The translations under genes and the position numbers were made by a program. A stretch of 64,000 nucleotides of DNA from the human T2T-CHM13v2.0 reference genome, Homo sapiens: NCBI RefSeq assembly GCF_009914755.1, contig NC_060928.1; one strand, written 5' to 3'. The stretch's first letter is position 1; every line of letters begins with the position of its first letter. The notes under the pieces are model-generated. The model did not search any database. It saw only the letters and a list, made by a program, of their open reading frames with translations, and was not told where the DNA came from. Of the stretch, positions 14,921 through 32,944 are shown in pieces.

Positions 14921-15520
14921 TGTGGATGGTGACTCATGCCTGTAGTCCCAGCATTTTGGGAGGCCAAGACAAGAGGATCACTTGAGGCCAAGAGTCTGAA
15001 GCAAGTCTAGGCAAGATGGCAAGACTGTCTCTACAAAAAATATTTGAAACTTAGCTGGGCATAGTGATACATGCCTGCAGTTCCAGTTACTCAGAAGTTC
15101 AAGGCTAAAGAATCCTTTGAGGCCGGGCGCGGTGGCTCACGCCTTTAATCCCAGCACTTTGGGAGGCCGAGGTGGGCGGATCACGAGGTCAGGAGATCGG
15201 GACCATCCTGGCTAACGCAGTGAAACCCCATCTCTACTAAAAATACCAAAAAAAAAAAAAAAAAAAAAAAAGCCGGGCACAGTGGCGGGCGCCTGCAGTC
15301 CCAGCTACTCGGGAGGAGGCGGAGCTTGCAGTGAGCCGAGATCGTGCCACTGCACTCCAGCCTGGGCAACAGAGCGAGACTCCGTCTCAAAACAAAAACA
15401 AAAACAAAAACAAAAAAAAGAATCCTTTGAATCCAAGAGTTCAGTGATGCAGTGAGCTGTGATCACCACTGAACTCCAGCCTGGGTGACAGAGTAAAACT
15501 GTGTGTCAAAAAGCCAAAAA
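14921..15520 (+). mobile_element. AluJ interrupted by AluY
   Basis: Diverged left arm and the start of the right arm at 14921-15120; the remainder is at 15431-15520. Confidence 0.85.
15121..15416 (+). mobile_element. AluY with internal deletion, nested in AluJ
   Basis: TSD aaagaatcctttga (15107-15120 / 15417-15430), AluY diagnostics, and a (CAAAAA)n tail. Confidence 0.92.
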
Positions 15521-15589
15521 AGAAGTGGACTAGTAGAAAACTAGTCCTACTTACACAGGAAAAGAACAGGCAACAGAACGTGCGTGCAA

Positions 15590-16480
<891 letters not shown>

Positions 16481-17289
16481 AAGCACTAAAGCAAATACTG
16501 ATATCGCTTAATTTATACAAGCTAGAGGTATTCATATAATGTAACAGAATATTAAAATATTGCCTGTATTTTACATGCTTTAGATGCTTTTAATTTTTCA
16601 AAGTGCTCCAAAATTCTAATATTTGAAAGTCAAATCTAAGAATAAAAAGATTAAATATAACTGGAATCTAAAGACAGACAGATGGACTGAGTGAAATTCA
16701 GCAGTAATGTTTTTTAACTCATCCTGGTTAATCACTTCCATGTAGGAACCTTTATAAATCATTTGACCTGACTTTTCATGAACCCATAATGTAAACCTCA
16801 AAAGTAATGTGTAACTACCATTCCATTTGCAATGATGCAAATTTATCATTTTTTTAAATAAGCAAAATAATGTTAAAAATGTAAAATAATAAATAATCCA
16901 AGAAAGAAATATGTTTTATATTCTCTTTATAATACTTTTAAATTAGCATTTATTGGCAAAAGACAGCATCAGCTAATGGAAAGAAGGCATAATTGATTAT
17001 TTAAAGATCAGATTTTAATTTCTGACTGCCAATGACTAACAAAATATATTTGTTTGAACAAAATTCTGTGAGCCTTAATGTTTTTATATATGAATTAAGC
17101 ATATTTTCTTGAGACCCAAAGACATAAGTCACAGTAAAATGAACTGTGAGATATGAGTAATTTATAAAAATTACTTTTAATGCAGGCTGTCTTATGGTCA
17201 TTGTACTTTTCCAAACCAGAAATTCTGTGAAGATGGATGTTTCACCTGTGTAAAACACCTCATCTATAAGGCTTATCAAATCATACTTG

Positions 17290-17709
<420 letters not shown>

Positions 17710-17949
17710 TTAATTAAATATGTATTTTCCTCTTTAACACATATGCCAAGAAAATGAAATATTCAAAGCAATAAGTAATGAATTATAAAACACCAATAGG
17801 CAAAAGAAGAAACTCTTGGCTCCTCAAAGTTGCTTATTCTGATGAAAAAAGTTACATTTTATAAATTACATTTGTTTACTGATTTGACCAAATTCAACTT
17901 TCTCCTCCTTCCTACCTCACGCAGAAATACAAATTTCTAATAAAACCAC

Positions 17950-21628
<3,679 letters not shown>

Positions 21629-22109
21629 CATGCACACACTATATCCTAGCATGTTTTCTTTTGTATATCCAATTTATGAACAAAAGCTATACACGTGAAA
21701 TACATAAAAATGACATTTTTTGAGATTATGTTATTCTTGTAGTTTTCAATGGAATTATCTTTTACTGTAAAACTAAATGACAACAAACAAACTGAAGTGT
21801 CTTTTAAATTCTTCTGCCCCCTTTCTCCATTTCCACTTTTATCCACACTAATCCTCCCCAACACCACTATTCAGATCTTAGGAGAAAAGGCGAATCATTG
21901 ACATTCTGATGGCAAGAGGTTTTTTTTTTTAAGCACTGTGCTCAGCAAGAGTTAAAACAAAGTAAATCAATCAGAATGAATAAATAATCAAATATTCTCA
22001 TGTTTGTAAGTGCTCCTTCCAACTCTGTAACAATAATGATCTTCAATAGGTCAGGATTGACTCCTTCTAATTTTGTCATTTACTATCTATATGACCACCT
22101 ACTTTTTTT

Positions 22110-23190
22110 TATTAGTTTATTCGTCTATAATTGTATATCAGGCACTATATTAAGTACTTTAAATTAATTATCTAATTTTATTACTATTTTATAAAGGAAA
22201 GAACTGAGGCTGAAAGAGGATGTTATTTGCCCAGTATGGTACCTTGAGTAAGAATTATGAGATGTGACCACATAAGACTGTTGGTCTTTAAATAGCAGTT
22301 AAAATCACTGGTTAGGCACAAGAAGTTGAGCAGCTGGTAAACATCCCTTGCTTGGTTCCGTCTTTCTGCACGGTAGGCACAATCATAATGTCTATCTCCT
22401 AGAGTTATCATCATTACTGAGTGAGATGAGTTTATGTGAACACATTTAGCAGAGCATTTGTCATGTAATAAGCAATCAAAGGTTAATATACATAGGCACA
22501 GAGCACTCCTAAAACATTTCATCCATGTAATATAAATGCCAAAATTTACAAATCAGTTATAATAGAGATGGTCTCTCCATCACCATTATTAATTCCATTG
22601 CACTTATTCAGAAGCAAAAGTGAATTTGAACATAATGAGTGTATTCTAAATTATAGAATCTGAAAATTCTTTTCTATGCAGTAATAATTCAAAAGCATTG
22701 GTTGTACAGTCTCAAAAAAGAGAATTTCTAAAACTTTTTGTTTTTCAAAATTAAGGGAATATTTTAAAGTATTTGTCTTATTATCATTTTCTTTTCCAAT
22801 AATAGAGAAACTTATGAAACCCAGTATATAAAGACAGTGATGGGCCAGGAACCCAAAATTTAAGTTCCAAACTATACAAATCTAATATGCTGGAAAAAAA
22901 TCATAAAATGAACACATCTTTCTTACTGTAGCTCCAATAAATATTCTAATTACATTAACATAAATTAGCTCATTAATCTAGACAGTAACCTATGAGGTAT
23001 GTACTATTATAATTTCTGGTAACAGATAAGAAAACTGAGGTATAGAAAGAGTAAGTAACTTATTCAGGGTCACACGTTTAATGAGATTCATAGCTGCACA
23101 AATAAGAGGACCCACAAGAAAGTTACTTAACCTCCCTGATTTTCTGTTCTCAATTGTGAATAAAGGGGTTAAAAATGACACAGAAGGTAG
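22110..23190. mobile_element. Cluster of MIR fragments
   Basis: MIR core text recurs (gaactgaggctgaaagagg; cctatgaggtatgtactattat...gaaaactgagg; aagttacttaacctccctg). Limits are approximate. Confidence 0.6.
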
Positions 23191-24939
23191 AATTTTAAAA
23201 TCGGACTTACTTGAATCACATCCCTTACCCAATGCCATTTTTTACAGATAATTTGATGGGTACTGGTGGCTGTGAGACATAAGCAAATATGTAAACCTCT
23301 GGTATTGCTAAAGCAAATGCCTACATCTTTCCTTGATGTAAGACTACATATTGTGGCCCAGATTTAATATATGAGGTCTCTAAGTGAGCCATTCAGGGTA
23401 TCATTTACACAATAAAAACCTTTTTAATTTTGAAACGTCTCTATTTTATACTCATATAAATGACATTTTCCAATGGACCATGCCTCTTAAATCCATATTT
23501 TCCTAGTTTGTTTGCCATAAGCAACTCAGACAGAGCATGTACACCTTGCTAAAAAGCATCTTAAAGCTTCGAATTGTCCACTACCTTTCCACAGAAAATA
23601 GCATCAGGAAGCACATTTACTAGGTGACTTCATCAGGCAGTTTCTCCCCAGGATGCCCTTGGTTAGAGGACACGGCTACTAAACCACTTTATCCTGAAGT
23701 TGAATTCGATTATTTCCAAACTATCTTTCAACCCTATCATTGTGTTACTTAAAAGTCAGTTGTGTTATAACTTATGAGTCTCGTATTTGACATGTTAAAT
23801 TCTCATTAATACTCTAAATAATGTAGTATATTAAGGAGATAAGCATGGCAAAATACTATAGCTGGAATTTAATTCTTTAGTATAGAACCTAAAATGTTAA
23901 ATATTTTTAAACAGCCCTGAAATTTTTGTCATAGAACTACTCAGTGTAATATTGTCAGCCAAAAAAGTAATAATTCAAAAAGCAATTGTAAAAGCTTCAT
24001 AAGTGCACAATTTTTTTTCTCACCTTGTCTGGAATTGAACAGCCAGAGATTCAATTATAGCAGTCAGAAACTCATACCTCATCATATCACGGTAATAATG
24101 CATTATCTTGGAAAACCAAGGCCAAATATTGGCTATATCTTATAAGCAACATATTGATTTTTCAAAACGGTTTATATAGGTCAAAACACCTCAAAATCAT
24201 GTTACTCTTTCAGAAATATGAGAAAATTTTGTGACATTTAATTTTAAAATACATTAAAAAGTTTTACTGGCTTACAATGATCACATATATATGTTTTCAC
24301 TATGCAGTCAAAATGATAAGCAGCTATGCCAAAAACAGACTGAGAAAAAAATTATATTTTTTCCTAGGTTCTCTACTAATTTGCATTTGCTTCTTGTTTA
24401 TTCATTTTATCATCTTCCGGCAAGTGATAGCTGACACTGAAGTGTTCAGAAAAATTTTGGTGATAAGTGTAAAATTAATGATAAGTATAAACAGTCTACT
24501 CAACTTAAAAGGGAAATATATTTATACTGTGTAATATTATATGAAGGATTAAGTAGATAAAGTAGAAAGACATAGTAAAAATAAAAGTAGAAGTAAGAAA
24601 ATATTAACAAATAGAATGATGAGTACATCCCAGCTTTGGGTTAAATGCAAGGATGTGTAGACACATATTATGCATTACACACTTATGCTTATATTTTATT
24701 ATTTAACCATATCAGTGACCTATGTTTTTTCAATTGTCACTTGTTTTATATTAAGTTTACAAATTTTTAAATCATGCATGTGGATTTTCCTTTGTGGTTT
24801 GTTTTATTTATCTATAGTTATAATTTCCTTTCTCTTTTAGTCGTGAGAGAAATATTCACTTTATTTTCTTACAGTTTGAGTTTCACTCTTTATATGAAAG
24901 TCATTAATCCATCTTAATAAAAACAGTAATGAGAATAAA

Positions 24940-26850
24940 TTCACGGTCAGTTAGAAAATGAAGGATCGAACGGCAAGCGCCTGGGGCCAAGAAAGAGCAG
25001 CTCCTCTGAAAAATGGCAGAAGCAGTTTTCCATGCCCCAAACAGGAAAGGAAGAGTGTATGAGACTTATGAGTCTCCATTGCCAATCCCTTCTGGTCAGG
25101 ACCATGGTCCTCAGAAAGCAAGATATTCAATGCTGGAATGATTAACAACAATGTGATTGTGAGGAATGCAGAGGACATTGAGCCGCTCTATGGGGAAGGT
25201 TCTTTTGGAAAAGGTATTCTTTCAAGAAACTGTCCAACCATCACAGTTTCAGATCCTAAATTGGTTGCTAAATGGAAAGATATGAAGACAAACATGCCTA
25301 TCATCACGTCAAAGAAGTATCAGCGTAGTGTTGAGTGGGTGGCAGAGCGGATGCGTAGACAGGGACAGGATGAGAGTGCGGTGCGCAGAATCCTCAAGGA
25401 TTACTTGAATCCGCTTGAGCATCGCCCTGTGAAAAGGAATGAACAGGTTCAAATGCATGATGAGCTTAACTCTGGAATGGTCTCCAACATGGAAGGCACA
25501 GCGGTAGGAGAGAGACCTTCTATGATAAACGGGGACTCTGGAAAGTCAGTTGTTATGGGTGATCCCAGTGAGCCATTAGGCTGCCTGCAGGAGGGCTCTG
25601 GGAGCGACCCACCAACAGAAGGCTTTGAGGAAAGCGTGGGAGAGGACGCTTCACCTCTGCCCCAAGCATGTTACTCCAAACACGATGCTCTCGTCCTCCA
25701 GTCTGGCCCTCACCGTGAGGACAGCAGCCAGCATTTTGGTCTCCTGCATGCTGGGGACAGAGGGCCTGACCAGTACGTGCTGGTGCAGGAAGCCAAGTGT
25801 GCCGTGAGCGAGAGGAAGGATGCCCCAAATGAGGAATTGGTGCAAAGAAAGAGACTAATCTGCAGAAGAAATCCATATAGGATCTTTTGAGTATTTGCAG
25901 CTCAGCCTAGAAGAGGTCTTCTTCCTGGTCTATGCTCTGGAATGTTTTAAGTATTTGCTATGAGAAGGAGCCTTTAACGATAGCGAAGCTCTGGAAAGCT
26001 TTCACCGTAGTTCAGCTTACGTTCAGGACCACCTCCATGGTCTACCATTGCTTGCCAAGCAATGGCTAGTGCCCAAAGTGGGGCTCAAGTACGGGACAGA
26101 TTTACTGTTATATTGGAAAGGCCCTCCGTTTTACCATGCAAGCTATTCTGTCGTTATTGAGCTAGTTGATGAGCAGTTTGAAGGCTGTCTCTGCAGGCCT
26201 TTCAGTTGGATGTCCCTGGCTGCCTTGAGCAGAGTTTCCGTTAATGTCTCCAAGGAACTCATGCTGTGCTGTTTCATTAAACCCGCTACTATGACTGACA
26301 AGGAAATGGAGTCACCAGAATGTATGAAAAAAATTAGAGTTCAGGAGGTGATTCTGAGTTGATGGGTGTCTTCACAAGAGAGGAGTGACCAAGACAAACT
26401 TTAACAATTCAACCTCAAATTTCTAATTTCACCAACAACTATTTATTGCGGGCTAGGTAAAAAGTTCTTTTTACTGTAATTCCCCATTAATTTATAAGTT
26501 TTAAAGGGCCTGGTGCTCCCAGCACCAGACAATGATCAGTGTTTTTAAAGATAAATTACACAGGGGAGGAGAAAGAGCCCTGTGTTGGGCCTGCAGATTC
26601 TGTCCTTGCATTGGCCTCTTCCAATCCTGAGCCTCGTGCCTCTGGCCTCAGTCTGTGCCCTCATCCAGTCACTGGGGAGGTTGGACTAGATGAGTGGATG
26701 AATCCCGAGGGGACTCTTCCAATAACAGGGACATTTATTCTCTGATTTTACCTGAAAGTGGCAGTAGTTTACATTTATACAGTACAGTTTATGAAGCACT
26801 TTCATACACAAGCATCTCTTGCTACTTACATCTAAGCTGTTCCAAAAAGA
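24940..26850 (+). pseudogene. TSEN2P1: Processed pseudogene of TSEN2 (tRNA splicing endonuclease subunit 2), probably the locus annotated TSEN2P1
   Basis: ATG 25013 begins [26 protein letters not shown]. The ORF 25138-25890 reads [15 protein letters not shown]...[11 protein letters not shown], followed by EYLQLSLEE and [28 protein letters not shown]...QEVILS, with the ancestral stop TAA at 26402-26404. It is colinear with human TSEN2 as recalled and has no introns. Disablements: 4-nt deletion ~25116, +1 at ~25887, +1 at ~25947, -1 with TAG at ~26067, and CGA>TGA at 26360. The UTR limits are approximate and the P1 name is an inference. Confidence 0.95.
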
Positions 26851-27379
26851 GTGCTAGCAGGTTTAACAATTACAGGATCTATGTTCCTTTATTTTGAATG
26901 GAAAAAATTGTTATATGTCTCAGCATATCCAAGAACTTTAACCAATAGCTCAAAACATTTAAAAATCTCTTTAATATCTACCAAGGATTTCTGTATAACA
27001 AAGCCTTTAAAATATCAGTTACCTAATTATTTAATTCTCAAATGAACTCATTTGTAGGCATGTTTATATACAGAACACAACAATATTATACAATATTAGA
27101 TAAGCATATCTTCACTGAACTTGTTACAATGAGTGATGAAATAATGTTTGGAGACATAATGAAAGCAATTAACATTTAGCAAAATATAATAAAGCCTTTG
27201 TTTAATTGGTGAAATAAAACAGAAGGATCATCTACAATTGTACCATTTTCTGAAGAAATATAAATTTTCAAGTTGGCTTATGAAGGATTAGAAAATGTAA
27301 AAAAGCCAAAGATTAAGGGAGCCCATTTTAGCTTTCAATAAATAAATTCTTCAAATATTATTAAATTAATGGTTTGTGA

Positions 27380-27900
27380 AGAATATATAGCATGCTAGGC
27401 ACTAGTGAGCGTGTAAACTGCTACAGACTTTCAGAACAGCAAATTAGCAATATAAATCATGAACCATAAAATCTTCCACACCAATAATTATATTTCCAGG
27501 AAGCTATACTACTAAATAATCTCAAATTTAAATGACGACTTATGAACCAAAATATTAATTGTACCATTAATAATAATACTGAAGAGTTGGATGAAATTTA
27601 AATGTCCAACACTGGGAAGATGACTCAGTAAATTGCAGTATATTTGAGGGGGGAAATATGAGATAGATTTCAAAATTAATTTTACTAAAAATGTTAATGC
27701 CATGCATATGCTCAAGATTTCTTGAAAAATCTATGATATAAAATTATATGTATAGTATAATCTTTTTACATAAAAGGCATAAAGTTTATAATTTTTAGTT
27801 AACACACAAATATACTTACATAGAAAAATTAATACAAGAAAATGCACTAGAATGAGAGTAGTAATTGCCCCTCAGAGGAGAAATTGATATATAATTTTTT
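27380..27900 (+). mobile_element. Ancient L1ME-like fragment
   Basis: gtgtaaactgctacagactttcagaacagcaaattagcaata; aaatgtccaacactggg. Confidence 0.5.
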
Positions 27901-28876
27901 TTACCTTCTTTCACTTTTCTTTGTCTTCCATGATAATACCTATCACGTTATTTCATTCTTCATTACAGTAGCTAACTCTGAGTCCTAACTAACACAGTGA
28001 TTTTTGAGGCTGACTTTCTCTTTAATAAAATGGAAAATGATCCTTTAACAACAATTTATAAAAGTGTTAAATGATCTTGGAGGGTCCTTCTTGTTTTACC
28101 AAAAGAAATTTTTTCCCATAAAAAGTAAAAAGTCTCAATCCTGAATGGCACCCTGTTATAATCTAGAAACTGCCATGCTGGGTTAATTTACTATCGCACA
28201 GCCCAGAAATGATCTCATTGACAGAGATGCCAAGGCACCATTTTGTTCCTTGGTCATCCTCTATATGATTTCCCCAACATATTAGCCATACTTTCCAAAG
28301 ATCTCTAGCTTAATTTACTAACTCATTATGGACTTAGAGAAATGTGAAATGTGTATTCAATTGTTTCTCTGAACATTTAAGAAATGCACCAACAACATTT
28401 CTTACAAATTTTTTTTTGTTCTATCAACAATATTACTTTGTTGTAATAAATTAATGAGTTTGGTGCTTCTCTTTCAATTGCGTGTGTGTGTGTGTGAGAA
28501 AGAGATTCTTAATGATATTCACACTGTAAATTTTAATATACAGCTACTCTTTTTGTAACCATAAAGTCTGAGTCATTTTAGTGATGGTGAAGAGGGATAT
28601 GATAGGTTTGTGGGAAAGGGTGAGCCAACAGCCCATCTGAACACCAACTGTTGAGTGCCCATTTCCCCAGGTGTCACTGGATTTCTGGGAAACAGCTTCC
28701 TAGACTTTAGTGTCCTCAATTAAAGAGCAGACAACTATGGCTTTTCTCTCTGTCTGTGGAGGTTAGGGTACAGAAATAATCTCAGTTGAAAGCCTTCCTT
28801 AATGGCAGTGACATAAAGTGAGAGAGTTTTTAACACACTGTCTCTCCTCAAATCACCTACAGTTCCAGATTCCCAT

Positions 28877-30717
28877 TGTTAAGGGATCTTGGGGGTATTG
28901 CTTTTCTGGCTATAAATCTGTGGCTGGTGGCACCTTTGCCCAAGTTTTGCTCGGACCTGCTGGGCTTGTTCCACCCACTTGGCATGGCAGGCTGCACTTG
29001 GTTCATGCTACCAGCCTGGATCCCACACCTTCAAGGAGAGTGTGAGTCAGGTGTGGAGCAGTGAGGGGTGTGTGAGCAAGTATGGGATCCTGCCACTAAG
29101 CAGTCATATACACCAGCTTCTGCCACAGCATGAGCAGCTCCAGGTGCCAGCTCTGTGAGGCTGTGGCTGCACCAGGTGCACTGCAAGCAGCTTCCCCAGC
29201 TGGCACTGGGGAATGTGGTGGTGCCTGGAAGCTTAGAGATGCTGGGAATCTCAGGGCCCCAAAGAGGGAGTCATAACTCTTGCTTAGGGAGCTCCCAGGT
29301 GTGGGGTCCTCAAAGGGCTGCAGCTCTTCTCTCCTTCTCTTCACTGGCAATGTGGCATGCAAGGAGCATGTTTTAGCTCTGTTTTGGTTACAGCTCTTTT
29401 AGCCTCTTCATTAAGCAGGTCCCAAATTATTGTCCTGCAACCAGGAAGAATGAGGTATGCAGACAAGTGGAGAGTGAGCAAGATGAAGGGGAGATTTATT
29501 GAGTGACAGAACAGCTCAGAGGAGATCCACAGGGGGCAGCTCTCTTCCACAGCCAGGGTGTCTAGTCCAGTGTTCAAAGCAGAGAGGATAGCTCCTCTGC
29601 AGCTGTTTGTCCTGTTGTCTGCTCTGCCCTGGCTGAGCCTGAGGCTTTTATGGGCCTCAGAGAGGAGAAAGGGCATGCTGATTGGTCCATGGGTGGCCAT
29701 GGGTGGGACTGGAAAGGGCACTGCAAGTTCCCACTCCAATCTGTAATACTGGCAGACCAGCCCCCACCCTTCAGGCCCTCCCTGGTCTGAAGGTGGGCCC
29801 TCACCAGGACCCACTGCCTTCCACCCAGAAGCCTGTCTGCCTCCTGCAACTGTTCATGGTGCCCAGGCTGCTTGCACCAAGGGGTACCTGCAAGCCAGTG
29901 CTGAGCCACCCTCAGCCCCCAAACCTCAGCTTCCCTCCCCTCCCCCAACCCCACCACTCATCAGCACCCAAAGTCTGGAGAGGGCCAAGGCAGCAGTGGG
30001 TTGGTGTGTCAGTGCTGCCCCCAAGGATGCACACACCCAGCTGAGCTGTGACAGCGCCCCAAGATCAGAGTTGGTGCCAGGAGTCGGGAGAAGCCAGGGA
30101 GGGTGAGCAGATACTCCTGAGCCTGTGGGGGAAGTGGGGACCTGCCCAGGCCCCCAAGGGTGCAGACTGCAGAGATTCCAGGTCCTGTACCTGGGATGGC
30201 AGGTCTCCCGCCAGCTCTGTGGAGCCTATAGGCAGCCCTAGCTGTGCCTCCTCACAGCCTGGGGTTGGTGCTCCAGGTCCACACTGGGCCCTTCTCTGCA
30301 TGCCCCTCTGTGGCTGACCCCACTGCTTCCCCACTGGCAGTGGCTCGGCCCAGCCCCATTGAGGCAGCCCCCCAGGGCAATGGGCTCTGGGAGTGCTCCA
30401 CTCATCCCTGGCTCCCACTGGCTCCGTGGAGTGTGGCACCACCCTGGGCCCAGTTCTGGCTCCTCCCAGTGCCAGCCCCACAGCAGTGGCAGGTGAGGGG
30501 GTGATGTGGGCCAGGATCCAGAGTGGCAGAGGCTCTGGGCCTGGGGCGGCAGTGTGAGGGTAAGGGCAGTGCAGCCAGCTGTCTTGGGGATGCAGTGCAC
30601 AGGGGTCCCACCACCACCACTGCTGTACCTGTAACCACTCCCTCTGCCACTGCTCACACCTCCCCACTGCAGCCATTAGTGGCAGCAGCTGCTCTAGATG
30701 GCCTGTCACTGCCATCG
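28877..30717 (-). mobile_element. MER52 solo LTR (ERV1), about 1.84 kb, GC-rich
   Basis: The ends match recalled MER52 termini (tgttaagggatcttggggg...; ...gctctagatggcctgtcactgccatc). 4-bp TSD ccat (28873-28876 / 30718-30721) and AATAAA on the minus strand at ~29495. Confidence 0.88.
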
Positions 30718-31844
30718 CCATCTTGCTTCCATGTCTCCCACATCTAAACCTGAGACACCTCTGCAGCCCCTGCAATAAATTTTGCAGTTCTCTGGGGTTT
30801 TATGTTCCTCATATTCATCCCATTTACCTTCCTGCTTCAAGTGCTTTTTCCTAGTTGCTGGCCCCCTATGTGAAGCTATTCTTGATTATCATGATAGTTA
30901 TAGGTTTTGTTTATCTTTTTAATAAATACTCATTCTCTGTCATTTCTAAGGATTTAAGTTCAAAGAAGTGATGATACTTTAATAAAAAAATTAAAATCAT
31001 CTCCCAAATGTACCTTAGATCATTTTATTCAGTTTTAAAATCCCTTAATTCTAGAAAATATTGTTATACTTAAAAACCTTGGGGAAATTTTTTTGGAAAA
31101 TACATTTAGTTCTAAAGGTCATTTTAGTAAGGAAGATGGTTCTCCAATCTTCTTTTTATATTTTCTGTATTTGTTTTATAAAAGTCAGATATGCTTATTG
31201 ATACATATTTCAAAATTCTGGTTTCGTTATTAAATCAGTTATACAATTTGTAAGGTGCTTACTAATGTTTACTTGGTTGTCATGGGTTTCCAGTAATTGA
31301 ATTGTGTAGTATTTAATTTCTTGTAGGCTTTACATTTTTTCTTTCACTTTTTAATATTTCCCATTACATTGGCTAAGATTTCCCGGAAGAAAATTATAAA
31401 TTGATTATACTTATAGTTTTTGTATCTAATTGAGTTGAGCTAAATTTTAAAATTGCTATGTGTTTTCTATCAATTTCTTCTTACACTTTAAACAAGTCTT
31501 GATTGATAACTATTTTGCTTAATTATTAAGGCAAAAAATGTGAAAAGCTCTGACTTTTATATCATTGTTACAGAATACATGAATTATTATTATTATATGA
31601 TTTTTGTCATTTAATTATTTTTAATGAAAATTTTTCTCTCTGATATTAATATTTTCCTTTTTCTGACATTAGTGTAGAAATTTTAACTTCTGTGGGTTGT
31701 TTTGTTTACATTCTTGTTAAACTCTTACCAGTCCTTTTTTTATTTTTCAGATTTTCACAATGAGTAACAGTGATATACCCATTCTATTTTGAAATAATTT
31801 TTTTTAGTTTTATATTTTGCTTGTCAAAACTCAAAGTTTTTACT

Positions 31845-32147
31845 TTTCTTTTCTTTTTTTTTTTTTAGAGGGAGTTTCACTCTTGTTGCCCAGGTTGGAG
31901 TGCAATGGCACAATCTTGGCTCACTGCAACCTCCGCTTCCTGGGTTCAAGCAATTCTTCTGCCTCAGCCTCCTAATTTGCTGGGATTACAGCCATGCGCC
32001 ACCACACCAAGTTAATTTTGTGTTTTTAGTAGAGACAGGGTTTCTCCATGTTGGTCAGGCTGGTCTCAAACTCCCGACCTCAGGTGATCCGCCTACCTTG
32101 GCCTCCCAAAGTGCTGGGATTACAAGGGTGAGCCACCGCGCCTGGCT
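31845..32147 (-). mobile_element. AluSp
   Basis: Diagnostics gagtttcactcttgttgccc, tttctccatgttggtc and ctcccgacctcagg. Confidence 0.9.
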
Positions 32148-32541
32148 GAGTTTTCAGTTTTCTACTAGTGATTTTGCCATTTAGATTTGCTTTAATAACT
32201 GACATATGTCTTAATTCAATTATGCAACTTATGCACTTTTATGTATCATGCTGTTTCTTTAATTTTGCTCTGTGACTTCCTTTCCTGTTATTTTTTTCTT
32301 TCTGTTACTTAAAATGTATGGACTCTTTTCTTCATTTAAGATATTTTTATATCCATGTGTGTTTAAATTGTGGTATAACTCATCTTTATTTGACTATCAA
32401 TGCCAAGCCTGGAATAGTATCTATTGATTCCCCTGATGTGAGATGAAATTAGCACATTCGCTTCCTGCTGTCATTGAACCACCAGATTTTTGTGTGGCTA
32501 CATTTAAAATAAATGAGAAATAAAAGGAATAAAAATACTAA

Positions 32542-32944
<403 letters not shown>

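Noticed and set aside
25138-26362. Functional TSEN2 gene or intact retrogene
   Set aside because: It has no introns, and four frameshifts plus a nonsense codon separate the start from the catalytic domain.
28818-30775. Dense overlapping ORFs up to 236 aa on both strands
   Set aside because: All lie within the GC-rich MER52 LTR, where stop codons are scarce. They show low-complexity composition and no recognisable protein.
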